64,000 nt of DNA from an uncultured Clostridia bacterium (GCA_944387495.1 CALXFD010000002.1:12296-76295); one strand, 5' to 3'. Shown: positions 1 through 10,822, numbered from the stretch's first letter. Made by a program: numbers and translations. Notes: generated by a model from the sequence alone, not told the origin.

Positions 1-148
1 CTATTTCTTCATATATGTCATTTATTTTTGATTTTAAATCTCCGATTTTTAGTTTAAGTTTTGTTTCTTTTGCAATTTTACCTGTTTTGTCTGCTGTTAT
101 TCTGTATGCTTCTGATGCTTTTTTTCCTAATTTATCGAAAAATTCCAT
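1..148 (-). CDS. hypothetical protein, N-terminal fragment; the gene runs off the left edge
   Basis: ATG at 148-146 (minus) follows gaaaggatga. It reads MEFFDKLGKKASEAYRITADKTGKIAKETKLKLKIGDLKSKINDIYEEI and stays open to the window edge. It is absent from the ORF track because it is truncated. Confidence 0.45.
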   Translation of the reverse strand, partial: MEFFDKLGKKASEAYRITADKTGKIAKETKLKLKIGDLKSKINDIYEEI

Positions 149-212
149 AAAAATCATCCTTTCAATTTGCTACATTTTTTACTTTATTTATTATTAACTT
201 TTATACAATATA

Positions 213-1196
213 TTATTCACTTTTCTTTTCTCTTGTCATTAAATCATTTACTGCTTTTCTTGGTTCTAAATTGTTATATATTACATCATAAACTGTTTCA
301 ACTATTGGCATATATACATTATGTAATTTTCCTAATTCATATGCAACTTCTATGTTATCTATACTTTCAATTACCATTCCAACTTCTTTTTTGGCTTCTT
401 CTAATGTTTTTCCTTGTCCGATTAGTTTTCCAGCTTTTCTGTTTCTACTATGTTCACTTAAACATGTAACTATTAAATCTCCTAGACCACTTAATCCATA
501 AAATGTATCTTTTTTTCCTCCTAATGCAACTCCTAATCTTGTTAATTCTCCTAATCCTCTTGTTATAAGTGCGGCAAATGTATTATCTCCTAAACCAATT
601 CCACTTGCTACACCTGCACAAAATGCTATTATGTTTTTTAATGCTCCTCCTAATTCTACACCTTTAACATCTCGTGAAGTATATATTCTCATTTCTGGAC
701 ACATAAATGTGTCTTGAACCATTGATAATATTTTATCATGTTCTGATGCTATTACTAAAACTGTTGGTACGGCAATTGATACTTCTTCTGCATGACTTGG
801 TCCTGATAATACTCCTAATTTTACATCTGGTAATTCTTCTTTTATTACTTCATCTAATGTTTTTAAACTGTCTTTTTCAAAACCTTTTGAGCATATTATT
901 ACTGGTTTATTTCCTACATATTGTTTATATTGTTTAAATACATTTCTTGTGAATTTTGATGGTGTAACATGTAGTATAAATTCTGCATCTTTTATTACAT
1001 ATTCAAAATCTGTTGAACATTCGATATTATCTGGTATTACTGCATTTGGTAAAAATTTGCACTTTTTCTCATTATTTATTAAATCTCTTTCTTCTTCTAA
1101 AAATGACCAAATTTTAATATTATTTCCACATCTAGCTAAATGTATTGCTAATGCAACACCCCAGCTTCCACTTCCTATTATTGCTATATTTTTCAT
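213..1196 (-). CDS. gpsA: NAD(P)H-dependent glycerol-3-phosphate dehydrogenase
   Basis: 327 aa. N-terminal Rossmann motif IAIIGSGSWGVALA, plus the GpsA-typical LKNIIA and GLGDN segments. It sits in the der/plsY neighbourhood. Confidence 0.95.
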   Translation of the reverse strand: MKNIAIIGSGSWGVALAIHLARCGNNIKIWSFLEEERDLINNEKKCKFLPNAVIPDNIECSTDFEYVIKDAEFILHVTPSKFTRNVFKQYKQYVGNKPVIICSKGFEKDSLKTLDEVIKEELPDVKLGVLSGPSHAEEVSIAVPTVLVIASEHDKILSMVQDTFMCPEMRIYTSRDVKGVELGGALKNIIAFCAGVASGIGLGDNTFAALITRGLGELTRLGVALGGKKDTFYGLSGLGDLIVTCLSEHSRNRKAGKLIGQGKTLEEAKKEVGMVIESIDNIEVAYELGKLHNVYMPIVETVYDVIYNNLEPRKAVNDLMTREKKSE

Positions 1197-1200
1197 CTTA

Positions 1201-1833
1201 TTACTCCTTTGTTTGTTTATTTTCTGTTTTCTTTTTTGAAATAATTGCTGTTATAATTAATAATATTGCTAAAATAATTAAAAATACTGTTCCAAAATTT
1301 ATTTTAATTTTTCCTGGTTGTTTTATTTCATTTTTGTCATAATCATATTGGATTTCACAGATATTATTTTCTATATTAAAATTGCTTACATCCATAATAT
1401 AATCTCTGTTATCATTTTTTATTCTGAATTTTATATCCATATTTGTATAATCTTGTAATGCTTCAAATTGATATATTCCATCTTCATTTTTCTCTAACAA
1501 AATAGAAACATATTCTTTATTTTCTTCTTTATATAATTTATCTTGAATATTTTCTTTTTTTACTGAAATATTAGGAATATTATTATTTTTTAATGTTTCT
1601 ACTCCTTCATATTCAATGTCTAGATTGTCATAATTTATTACATAAATAATATATTCTTTTGGCAATAAAATATATATGTCTACATTATCATTATTGGTAT
1701 TATTTTTAATTTTTATATTATAAGTATATGTTTCACTATTTGACGCATTTGCATTTAAAAATATTGATTGTGATAATATAGTTAATATACAAATTATAAA
1801 TATTGTAACTAAATTTATTATTTTCTTTTTCAT
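1201..1833 (-). CDS. hypothetical exported protein with N-terminal signal/anchor and C-terminal TM helix
   Basis: 210 aa. Hydrophobic N-terminus (LVTIFIICILTILSQ) and hydrophobic C-terminus (GTVFLIILAILLIITAII) followed by KKK. Asn-rich, with no motif I recognise. Confidence 0.6.
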   Translation of the reverse strand: MKKKIINLVTIFIICILTILSQSIFLNANASNSETYTYNIKIKNNTNNDNVDIYILLPKEYIIYVINYDNLDIEYEGVETLKNNNIPNISVKKENIQDKLYKEENKEYVSILLEKNEDGIYQFEALQDYTNMDIKFRIKNDNRDYIMDVSNFNIENNICEIQYDYDKNEIKQPGKIKINFGTVFLIILAILLIITAIISKKKTENKQTKE

Positions 1834-1934
1834 TAGTTTTTTACCTCACACAATATATTTATAAGGATTATTTAATTGTAAATTCTATAAACATATTCTT
1901 TCTTATATTTTTTAACCTATTATTTAATTTATTC

Positions 1935-2564
1935 TTAACTTTTAAAACTTATTTTATTTTCTTTTCCGCTTAAAATTCTTTTTATGTTACTTCTATGGTT
2001 AAATAAAACTATTACTGCTAAAATTATACTATATATTAAATAACTATTATTACTTCCTGTTATATAATGTTCTGTAATAAATAATGTTAAAACTGGATAT
2101 AAGATTGCTGCTGCACATGCTCCTAATGATACCATTCTTGTTAAGATAATTAGTACTAATCCAAATACTAAACATATTAATCCAATTTGCCAATTAGTCA
2201 TTATTAAAATTCCCAAAGATGTTGCAACTCCTTTTCCACCTTTGAATCCAAAAAATATTGGAAAAGTATGTCCTATTACAACTGCAATTGCTGCTATTTG
2301 AACTAATAAAGCTGTATTTTCTGCTTTAAAAATTGAACCTAAAAGTAACGCTATTAAAATAGAAACTACTCCTTTTAAAATATCACAAATTAAAGTAAGT
2401 GCTGCTGCTTTTTTACCTACTGAACGTAACATATTAGTAGTTCCTGCATTACCACTACCTTTTTGCCTTACATCAAATCCTGCAAATTTTTTACTAAAAA
2501 TAACTGAAAAATTAACACTTCCTATTGCATATGCAATAATTGCCATTACTATATATAAAGCCAT
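1935..2564 (-). CDS. plsY: glycerol-3-phosphate acyltransferase PlsY
   Basis: 209 aa polytopic membrane protein with GSGNAGTTN and FKGGKGVAT motifs typical of PlsY. Confidence 0.93.
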   Translation of the reverse strand: MALYIVMAIIAYAIGSVNFSVIFSKKFAGFDVRQKGSGNAGTTNMLRSVGKKAAALTLICDILKGVVSILIALLLGSIFKAENTALLVQIAAIAVVIGHTFPIFFGFKGGKGVATSLGILIMTNWQIGLICLVFGLVLIILTRMVSLGACAAAILYPVLTLFITEHYITGSNNSYLIYSIILAVIVLFNHRSNIKRILSGKENKISFKS

Positions 2565-2597
2565 TTTATGAACCTCCTTATAAAATTATATTTTTTA

Positions 2598-3923
2598 CTA
2601 ATCATCTGAATGTTTTTCTCTAACTATTATTCTTACAGGTGTACCTTCTAAACCAAATTCTTTTCTTATTTGATTTACTAGATATCTTTCATAAGAGAAA
2701 TGAAATAATTCTTTATCATTAACAAAAATAACAAATGTTGGTGGTTTAGTTGAAGCCTGTGTTCCATATAATATTTTTAATCTTTTTCCTTTATCAGATG
2801 GTGGTTGTACTATTGCTATTGCTTCATTTATTACTTGATTTAAAACAGATGTTGATACTCTCATACTGTTTTGTTTATTTACTTCATTTATTAAGTCAAA
2901 TAATTTATTTACTCTTTGACCTGTCTTTGCTGATATAAATATTATTGGTGCATATGATAAATACGATAATTTATTATATATTTCTTTTTTATATTTTTCT
3001 AATGTTCCTGTTTCTTTTTCATATGCATCCCATTTGTTTACAACTATTATAATTCCTTTTCCAGCTTCATGTGCTTCTCCTGCAATCTTTGCATCCTGGT
3101 CTGTTACTCCCTCTGTTGCATCAATCATCATTAAGCACACATCTGCTCTTTCTATTGCAAGTAATGTCCTCATTATACTAAATTTTTCTATTGATTCTTT
3201 AACTTTGCTTTTTCTTCTTACACCTGCTGTATCTATTAACACATATTTTCCATGTTCATTTTCAAAATCTGTATCTATTGCATCTCTTGTTGTTCCTGCA
3301 ATGTTACTTACAATTGCTCTATTTTCTCCTAAAATCTTATTTATTAGTGAAGATTTACCTACATTTGGTTTTCCTATTACTGCTACTTTTATTATATCTT
3401 CTTCATCTTCATCATCTGTTTTAGGTGGAAATTTTTCATATATTGCATCTAATACATCCCCAATTCCAATTGCATTACTTGCAGATATTGGTAATGGGTC
3501 TCCTAACCCTAGATTATAGAATTCATAAATTTCTTCTCTGTCTTTTTGGAAATTATCTGCTTTGTTACATACTAGTACAATTGGTTTTCCTGATTTTTTT
3601 AACATTACTGCAATTTCACTATCTGCTGCTGTTACTCCTTGTTTTATGTCTGTTAAAAATATTATTACATCTGCCATTGAAATTGCTAGATTTGCTTGTT
3701 CTCTCATTTGTGATAATATTATATCATCTGACTCAGGTTCTATTCCTCCTGTATCTATTAATGTAAAATTTCTTCCTCTCCAATTTGTATCTGCATATAT
3801 TCTGTCTCTTGTTACTCCTGGGGTATCTTCAACTATTGAAATTCTACTTCCTACTAGATAATTAAAAAATGTGGACTTACCTACATTTGGCTTTCCTATT
3901 ATTGCTACTATTGGTTTTGACAT
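2598..3923 (-). CDS. der: ribosome-associated GTPase Der/EngA
   Basis: 441 aa with two tandem GTPase domains (GKPNVGKST and GKPNVGKSS P-loops, DTGG/DTAG, NKAD/NKWD) and a KH-like C-terminus. Confidence 0.95.
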   Translation of the reverse strand: MSKPIVAIIGKPNVGKSTFFNYLVGSRISIVEDTPGVTRDRIYADTNWRGRNFTLIDTGGIEPESDDIILSQMREQANLAISMADVIIFLTDIKQGVTAADSEIAVMLKKSGKPIVLVCNKADNFQKDREEIYEFYNLGLGDPLPISASNAIGIGDVLDAIYEKFPPKTDDEDEEDIIKVAVIGKPNVGKSSLINKILGENRAIVSNIAGTTRDAIDTDFENEHGKYVLIDTAGVRRKSKVKESIEKFSIMRTLLAIERADVCLMMIDATEGVTDQDAKIAGEAHEAGKGIIIVVNKWDAYEKETGTLEKYKKEIYNKLSYLSYAPIIFISAKTGQRVNKLFDLINEVNKQNSMRVSTSVLNQVINEAIAIVQPPSDKGKRLKILYGTQASTKPPTFVIFVNDKELFHFSYERYLVNQIRKEFGLEGTPVRIIVREKHSDD

Positions 3924-4199
3924 TTTTTTGTTCCTTTCTTTCTTTTTGTGTATAGTATATCATATTTTCTATAAAAATAACAAGGAATTAATTTATTTTT
4001 TAAATTAGAAATAAAATATTAATTAAGTTTTTAATTATTTGAAATTTTATAAAATGTAAATTTCCTGAACTGAATCATTTTTCTTATTTATTTTTTTTGA
4101 AAAATATGTTATTATTTTAATAAAAATAAAATGATAACTTAAAACAAATATAAATATGAATAAATAATATATTAATTTATAGAGATAGGAGAATATAAA

Positions 4200-5973
4200 A
4201 TGGCATTTGACGGAATAGTTACAAAGGCAATTAGTTCTGAACTACAACAACTTGTAGGAGCTAGAATTGATAAAGTTTTTCAACCAGATAAAAATACTAT
4301 TATACTTGGATTTTATTTAAGTGGAACCAATTATGCTCTTAATATTTGTACAAATTCACAATATTATAGAATTAATTTAACTACACATTCTAAACCTAAC
4401 CCTTTAAATGCTCCTAATTTTTGCATGCTACTTAGAAAAAATTTAATTGGTTTGAGAATAAAAAATGTAATAACTTATGGTTTAGAAAGAGTTGTTACAA
4501 TAGAATTTGAAGGTTTTGATGATGTTGATGATATTATCACTAAAAAATTAATTGTTGAATTAATGGGAAAACATTGTAATATTATTTTAGTTGATGAAAA
4601 TAATATTATTATAGATAGTTTAAGACATATTAATTCTATTGATAATGATAATACTCGTACAATTGTGCCACATTCTAAATATATATATCCTATAACTGAC
4701 AAATACAACTTTTTAGATGTACGGAGATTTTGCAACTTTTAAAGATATTTTAGCTTTAAATTTACCTTGTGAAATTAATTTAGTTATAAAGGAGATTTCT
4801 AATAAGTTTAATGGTATTAGTAGAAGCTTTGTCAAATCTGTAATTGCTAAATTGAATATAGAAAATATTGACGAAAGTGGATTGAAAAACATTTTTAATT
4901 ATATTAATGAAATTATTTATAGTGCTGATACTTTGGATTTATCTTTTGAATATATTAAAAATGAAGATAATATTATAAAAGACTATTGTCTAGTAAAAGG
5001 AAATCATGAAACTCCTTTTTCTTTAAATTTCTTTATTGATGATTTTTATTATAATAAAGAAACAGATTCAACTTTTAAAGCTTATCGTGATAGTATTTTA
5101 AAACTTATATTATCAACTTTAAAAAAGTATAATACTAGGTTACTTCATATTAACGACAAACTTAAAGAATGTGATAATATGGATACTTTCCGTATTTATG
5201 GTGAATTATTAACTGCAAATTTGTATAAGCTTAAAAATATAAATTCTGAAAGCATTACTGTTGATAATTATTATGACAATAATAAACCTATTACTATTCC
5301 TCTTGATAAGAGATATACTCCAAGTGTTAATGCTAAAATGTTTTTTAAAAAATATTCTAAATTAAAAAATGCTTTAAAAATTGTCTCTAAGCAAAAGATA
5401 GATACAATTAATGAATTAGATTATATTGAAAGTATAATTTATGAATTAGAAAATTGTAAAACCATTGATGATGTTTCTTCTGTTTATGATGAAATTTCTG
5501 AAAATATTATTTTTAAGGATAAATTTGCGAAATTAAAAGATAAGAAAAAGTCTAAAATTAAAAAATCTAAGTTTACTAAAAATAAGAATGTTAATTTTAA
5601 CCCAATAAAATATGTTATTGATGGTTTTACATTTTTGGTTGGTAGAAATAATGTTGAAAATGATTACTTAACTTTAAAATATGCTCATAAGAATGATATT
5701 TGGTTTCATACTAAGGATATTCATGGTAGTCATTGTATTTTAGTTTTGGATAATCCTAATAGTAGTAGCTTTAAAGAACCTGATGATACTATTTTAATAA
5801 AATGTGCTGAAATTGCTGCATTTCATAGTAAAGCTAAAAACTCTTCAAATGTGCCTGTTGATTATTGTGAAGTTAAATATGTTAAAAAGCCAAATGGCTC
5901 TAAGCCAGGGATGGTTATTTATAGCCATAATAAAACTCTAAGTGTTGAGCCTAAAAATATATTGCCAATTTAA
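4200..5973 (+). CDS. rqcH: RqcH / FbpA-family NFACT protein, split into two ORFs by a +1 frame break
   Basis: ORF 4200-4742 carries the NFACT-N start (MAFDGIVTKAISSELQQLVGARIDKVFQP). ORF 4717-5973 carries the coiled-coil and the NFACT-R/DUF814 segment (FLVGRNNVENDYLTLKYAHKNDIWFHTKDIHGSHCIL). The frames join if C4722 is skipped: gat gta [c] gga gat ttt. Confidence 0.85.
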
Positions 5974-6025
5974 TATTATATATTTGATTTTCTATAACTA
6001 TTGTAAATTTGTTTTACAATAAAAT

Positions 6026-6069
6026 AAAAAGAGATTATTTTACATATATTTGTAAATAATTCTCTTTTT
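6026..6069. terminator. bidirectional hairpin between convergent rqcH and the 157-aa gene
   Basis: aaaaagaga (6026-6034) pairs with tctcttttt (6061-6069), and an inner tttaca/tgtaaa segment also pairs. T-rich on both sides. Confidence 0.55.
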
Positions 6070-6140
6070 ATTTTCTAATTATATTAATTTTCAATTATTT
6101 GTTGCTAATTATCATTAAAGTTTTAATTATATATCGCTAA

Positions 6141-6614
6141 TTACCAAAAGATTAATAAAGTTATTACTGTTGCTACAACTATTTCTGATGTTGTTAAATC
6201 TTCTGGTATAATTGAAATTTCTTCTCCTGGTTCTTTTTGAGCTACTATGCTTATTTCATATGATTTAACATCATCTTGTTTAAATAAGACTTCTAATGAT
6301 TGTTCTTCTTCATTTCCTATTTGCACATAATTACTTCCTAAAAGTACATCTCTTTTTGAATAGAAATCTATTTTTACATATTTTCCGCTAAGCTCTCCAT
6401 TTGTATTTTTTATTAATCCTCTTATTCTTCCATTTACAAGTGTTGCTTCTGCTTGATATATATTTACTTGTTCTACATTATCTTTTCTTTCTATTGATTT
6501 ATATGTAGAGTTTAATCCTACATTTATTAAAAAATTTGAAAATATTATAAATAATACAAGCCATAGTGCATATTTAAAAAGTGTTTTTACTCTATCCATT
6601 CTTTTTCTCCCCAT
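6141..6614 (-). CDS. hypothetical membrane protein
   Basis: 157 aa with an N-terminal TM (YALWLVLFIIFSNFLINVGL) and a C-terminal TM (IVVATVITLLIFW). No motif I recognise. Confidence 0.55.
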   Translation of the reverse strand: MGRKRMDRVKTLFKYALWLVLFIIFSNFLINVGLNSTYKSIERKDNVEQVNIYQAEATLVNGRIRGLIKNTNGELSGKYVKIDFYSKRDVLLGSNYVQIGNEEEQSLEVLFKQDDVKSYEISIVAQKEPGEEISIIPEDLTTSEIVVATVITLLIFW

Positions 6615-6750
6615 TTCTCTTTATCATATAAATATTATAGCAAAAGTATACATAATTTTCAAGTTTTTTTATTATTTTCCTAATATCTAATTTTAGACAA
6701 ATATTTTATAGTATTAAATATGTAGTTCTCCTAATTTTTTTAATAATATA

Positions 6751-6799
6751 ATAAAAAAATATAAAATGTACTATATTGCAACAATATAGTACATTTTAT
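6751..6799 (-). terminator. rho-independent terminator closing the five-gene operon
   Basis: Perfect 18 bp stem (6761-6778 with 6782-6799) and a 3 nt loop. On the minus strand it is followed by a U-tract (A-run 6753-6759 on plus), 10 nt after the adk-like stop. Confidence 0.75.
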
Positions 6800-6808
6800 T
6801 CTTAAAGC

Positions 6809-7402
6809 TTAAATAAGTTTTAAGATTTCGCTTGGTGGTAATGTTCCATCAATATAAATAATTGGAATATTATATTCTTTGAATATTCTGATTAATGGTT
6901 TTGTGTGCTTCTCAAAAGTATCCAGTCTCTTCTTAAACAATTCTTCCGAATCATCTAATCTTTCTACTAATTTTCCTCCACAATAGTCACATATTCCATC
7001 AATTTTTGGTCTTCTAAAAGTATCTTTAGTAAAACTTGCTTGACAATTTATGCAGGTAAGTCTATTTCTTACTCTTTGAAATAATATTTCTATTGGTGTA
7101 TTTATATAAAATACTTTATCAACAAATATATTATTTTTTAGCAAAGCCAAAAATTGATTCTCTGTTCTTGGAAAACCATCTAGTATAATATTTTCTTCTG
7201 ATTTCCGGATTTCTCGAATAATCAAATTATTTACAATCTGATCATCTACTAGACCACCATTACTTAAATTATATCCGTTCTTTCTTAAAATCCTACTTAC
7301 TGATACCTGTTTGTAACCTATACACTCTTTAATCCGTGTTCCTTTACCACTAGCTGGTGCACCAATGAAAATCAAAATTTTTCTTTTCATGAATATACAC
7401 AT
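6809..7402 (-). CDS. adenylate kinase-family nucleotide kinase (paralog, zinc-lid type)
   Basis: P-loop GAPASGKGT, DGFPRT motif, and a Zn lid (CINCQ...CDYCGGKLVERLDD). The likely start is the second ATG at 7390, judged by RBS spacing. It is not in the usual secY-adk-map context. Confidence 0.85.
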   Translation of the reverse strand: MCIFMKRKILIFIGAPASGKGTRIKECIGYKQVSVSRILRKNGYNLSNGGLVDDQIVNNLIIREIRKSEENIILDGFPRTENQFLALLKNNIFVDKVFYINTPIEILFQRVRNRLTCINCQASFTKDTFRRPKIDGICDYCGGKLVERLDDSEELFKKRLDTFEKHTKPLIRIFKEYNIPIIYIDGTLPPSEILKLI

Positions 7403-7425
7403 CCTTTCTACATATTTATTATATA

Positions 7426-7998
7426 TTAAAATATATAATCAAACTTAGATAAAATATTTTCTATGTCTTCCCATGACTTAGCTACTTCTATTCCTTTGTA
7501 ATTGGTCTTTATTCCTTTTGGATTAAATAACACTCTTATTTTTATCTTTGAGTCTATTAAATGCCTTAAATCATCATCACATAGAAAATCTATCTTTTTC
7601 TTTTTACATATATTTTGTTTTATATCATTTGATGATGAAATTACATCTTTTATTTTATTTTCTATATCATAAGTTTTCAGCCATCTTATCACATCTACTA
7701 TCATTTTATCAGTTCTGGCTGTAATAATATAAATTTCAAGATGTTGTGCTAATTTGCTAATTATTTCAATCGAATTATGTATAGGCTTCGTTTTATATAA
7801 AACTTGTTCTGTAAATATATTTTTTGCCATTTCTCTATATAAATTATCAATATCTTGCAATCTCATTTTTTTTCTCAATTCTTCATAAAAATCGTTTTTG
7901 TTTGCACTCTTTAAAATAATTTTTTTACTTTTTAACCACTGTATTTTTTGTTCTTCTGTATTTGCTATTACACCATCAAAATCAAATGCTACTTTTTT
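7426..7998 (-). CDS. HAD-superfamily phosphatase, nucleotidase-like; start codon unresolved
   Basis: The called ORF 7426-7878 extends in frame upstream to KKVAFDFDGVIANTEEQK (HAD motif I, DxDG). Further HAD-like elements are IITAR and CDDD. There is no canonical start in the extension, and an A7 tract (7993-7999) overlaps the upstream stop codon. Confidence 0.6.
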   Translation of the reverse strand, partial: KKVAFDFDGVIANTEEQKIQWLKSKKIILKSANKNDFYEELRKKMRLQDIDNLYREMAKNIFTEQVLYKTKPIHNSIEIISKLAQHLEIYIITARTDKMIVDVIRWLKTYDIENKIKDVISSSNDIKQNICKKKKIDFLCDDDLRHLIDSKIKIRVLFNPKGIKTNYKGIEVAKSWEDIENILSKFDYIF

Positions 7999-8600
7999 TA
8001 TCTTTCAATCTCTCCTTCACATTTTATATATTTTTTTATTTCATTTAAAAACTTTTTTACTTCTTCCGGTATCATTAATGCATAATAGTCTGGTATTACT
8101 ATATCATTTTTTTTGTTTTTCGTAATCCATCTTTTTAAATTACTCATACTATACTGTTTTGAAAATTCTATGTTTAAAAAAAAGTCTACTGGTATTTCTA
8201 TTAATGCTGGTAAATCATTTGGAAATAATTTTCCTTCTTTTATAATTTCTAAAAGATAGAAGTCTGCCAACATATTTAATTTTGAATCTCTCTCATATGG
8301 ATTTAATTTTCCCATAGTTATGCTTTTAGTAAAAATAGGTGTTTTACTTATTTTTATATCTTTTTCGTTTATATCATCAACTTCTTCCATTATTTCTCGT
8401 ATTATGGTTTTCTTAGAATCTTCTTTATCTGTTTCTTCTATTTCTCCACCTAATGTTTTTATTATAGTTGCCATTTTATTATTATCCAATTCATACCATC
8501 TTTTAGGTTTTTGCATTCCTAAAACTACATTTCCGTTATGTATTACTATACCTTCTGCTCCTTTAATATTTACCAATTTATCCCCTTTCTTCTCCATCAA
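7998..8600 (-). CDS. Nudix-like hydrolase (degenerate Nudix box)
   Basis: 200 aa. GGEIEETDKEDSKKTIIREIMEEVD resembles Gx5Ex7REUxEExGU with a 2-residue insertion. The N-terminal strand GIVIHNGNVVLGMQ is Nudix-like. The likely ATG is at 8597, after aaaggag. Confidence 0.55.
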   Translation of the reverse strand: MMEKKGDKLVNIKGAEGIVIHNGNVVLGMQKPKRWYELDNNKMATIIKTLGGEIEETDKEDSKKTIIREIMEEVDDINEKDIKISKTPIFTKSITMGKLNPYERDSKLNMLADFYLLEIIKEGKLFPNDLPALIEIPVDFFLNIEFSKQYSMSNLKRWITKNKKNDIVIPDYYALMIPEEVKKFLNEIKKYIKCEGEIER

Positions 8601-9546
8601 ATTCTAGCTCCTTTCCATCTACTTGCAATGTAGCACAGACTTTACAGTTTATCTTGTTTTTTCCCATGTTGCTACCGCAATGTACGCATCCTCCTTGGGC
8701 TTGTTGTTTAAAATCATAATTGTTTCTATATATCTTAAATAATGCATACTCGAATTTATTTCTGAACTTGAATATAGAACTACTAGCTTTTTTAAATTCT
8801 TCATCTGAAATATCATTTCCTATACTTTTTATAATATCGTATACTCCCGAACCCGTAAAAGCCATCGTTTGCGGTCTTATTATGCAGCTATCTGGTAAAA
8901 CTTTTTCATAAGCTTTTCTCAAAGGATATTTTGTATTTATTTTTTCTGTTTTTTTCATTCTCTCCTCTATCGGTATTGATAAAATTTCATTTTTCACACT
9001 TTCTTCATGAAATGGTGCTATATACTTCATTTTCATACTTTGGGCAATTAAATCTGACATAACAACAATTTCATCTAATCTATTCTTTATTGCTAAATCT
9101 AATGATTTATAATCTCCCTTCCAATTTCTGAAAAAGGGGAAACTACCTAATAAATCGTCCGCTCCTTCACCACTCGATATGCTTTTTAATCCTGAATTTT
9201 TTGCATACATAGTTCCTAATAATAACGTTGTTGTTGAACTAACCCATTCTGGATTAAAAGACTTTAAAACTTTAACCGATGTTTCGACCATTTTCTTTAT
9301 TTTTTCTGGTTCTACATAAAATATTTTATGGTTTTCTATTCCTAACTTTTCTGCAACCATCTTGCTATATTTAATATCCGAACTTTCTTCTCCTGTCATG
9401 CCTACTGTTATTCCCATTACATTGTGATTATATTTATGCGCATGATATAATATAGCAGAACTATCTATTCCTCCCGAAAAAAGAACAGCATCTGGTACAT
9501 TTTTTCTTATTACATTATCTATTTTAATTCTTATATTATCATACAT
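8578..9546 (-). CDS. asparagine synthetase-like PP-loop ATP pyrophosphatase/amidoligase with C-terminal zinc ribbon and no glutaminase domain
   Basis: SGGIDSS PP-loop near the N-terminus, SGEGADDLLG (AsnB C-domain signature) and C-terminal CVHCGS...CKVC. Confidence 0.8.
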   Translation of the reverse strand: MYDNIRIKIDNVIRKNVPDAVLFSGGIDSSAILYHAHKYNHNVMGITVGMTGEESSDIKYSKMVAEKLGIENHKIFYVEPEKIKKMVETSVKVLKSFNPEWVSSTTTLLLGTMYAKNSGLKSISSGEGADDLLGSFPFFRNWKGDYKSLDLAIKNRLDEIVVMSDLIAQSMKMKYIAPFHEESVKNEILSIPIEERMKKTEKINTKYPLRKAYEKVLPDSCIIRPQTMAFTGSGVYDIIKSIGNDISDEEFKKASSSIFKFRNKFEYALFKIYRNNYDFKQQAQGGCVHCGSNMGKNKINCKVCATLQVDGKELEFDGEERG

Positions 9547-9558
9547 AATTATACATCC

Positions 9559-10822
9559 TTATTTCAATATTTTTTTATAATTTTCTGTATCATATATTAA
9601 CTCTAAAAAATCTCTATAACTTAAATCTGGTATTCCTTCATAATATGTTCTTTTATCATATTTAGATATCTGCTCTTCATTCATATTATGATTCATCTCA
9701 TAAAATGGAGTATATGCAGTGGGTCTAACTTTAACTTTATATCTGTTCAAAAAATCCAATGTAAATTTTATACTCTCTTTGGTTTGATTTGGAACACCAA
9801 ACATTACCAATGCTTTATATTCGATGTTATACTTTTTTAATAATTTTATACCTTTTACTATTGCATTGTTATCATATCTTTTGTTTATATTTTTCAAATC
9901 TTCCATTTCAATAGACTCTATTCCTATTGCTATCTTATAACATCCTGATTGTGCCATCATTTTTATTAATTCTTCATTTTCTAATAAATCTGGTCTAGTA
10001 GTACAAGACCATTTTATTTTTTTTTTCATTTTCTATCAGTGCTTTACATAATTTCATTGCAGCATCTTCATCCAAGGTAAAGTCTGGTGCAAAGAATTTA
10101 TAAAACTCATAATTTAAACTATTTATATATTTTATTATATCTTCAACACTTCTTCTTCTTTCTTTTTTACCATAATACAATACTGCATTACAATATGGAC
10201 AATTATATGGACATCCTCTTGCAATAGTAACAACAATTTGTTCCTTCTTTTCCATCTCAAAATATTTTTGTATCGGAACTTTATTTACATTTGTATATCC
10301 CCATTCTTTTGCTGGTATAAATTCTCCTTTTTTGCAATTAATCAATTGTTTATTTTTTATTAATATTACACCTCTCATATCACTTGTACTTCTTGTTCCC
10401 AAACTATATTCAAAGAAATCTGATATAGCTAGTTCCTGATCACATTCTCGTGAAACAATTGCATCAAATTTAGTCTTCTTAAAAAATTTAGGTAGATATA
10501 ATGGCATTTCTCCATAAGCAATCGTTTTGCATTCTGGTAACATTTCTTTTACATATTCATGCAGTTTAATAGTATTCTGTAAATTTTCTGTATTTATATA
10601 AAAAGCAATCGCTTTATATTTGTTATGGATTATTTTATACATTATATCTTGAAATTCTGTTTGTTCTGCCTCTATATCTAATAAATCAATTTGTTCTTTA
10701 AGCTTTCTCTCAACATAATCAATAATCTCTCCTATATGCACAAAATGATATGGTGCATTAACATGATTTGATTTTGTTGATAATCCACTATCTGCCCATA
10801 TAAATAGAAAATTATTATTCAA
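9559..10822 (-). CDS. radical SAM enzyme with a long N-terminal Rossmann-like domain (class B, B12-type architecture), interrupted by a frameshift in an A10 tract
   Basis: CPYNCPYC (CxxxCxxC) lies about 200 aa from the N-terminus. ORF 9995-10822 has a TTG start after ggaaggtgga. It joins ORF 9559-10029 if the run 10017-10026 is 9 nt rather than 10 nt, giving ...ENEKKIKWSCTTRPDLL. Confidence 0.8.
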
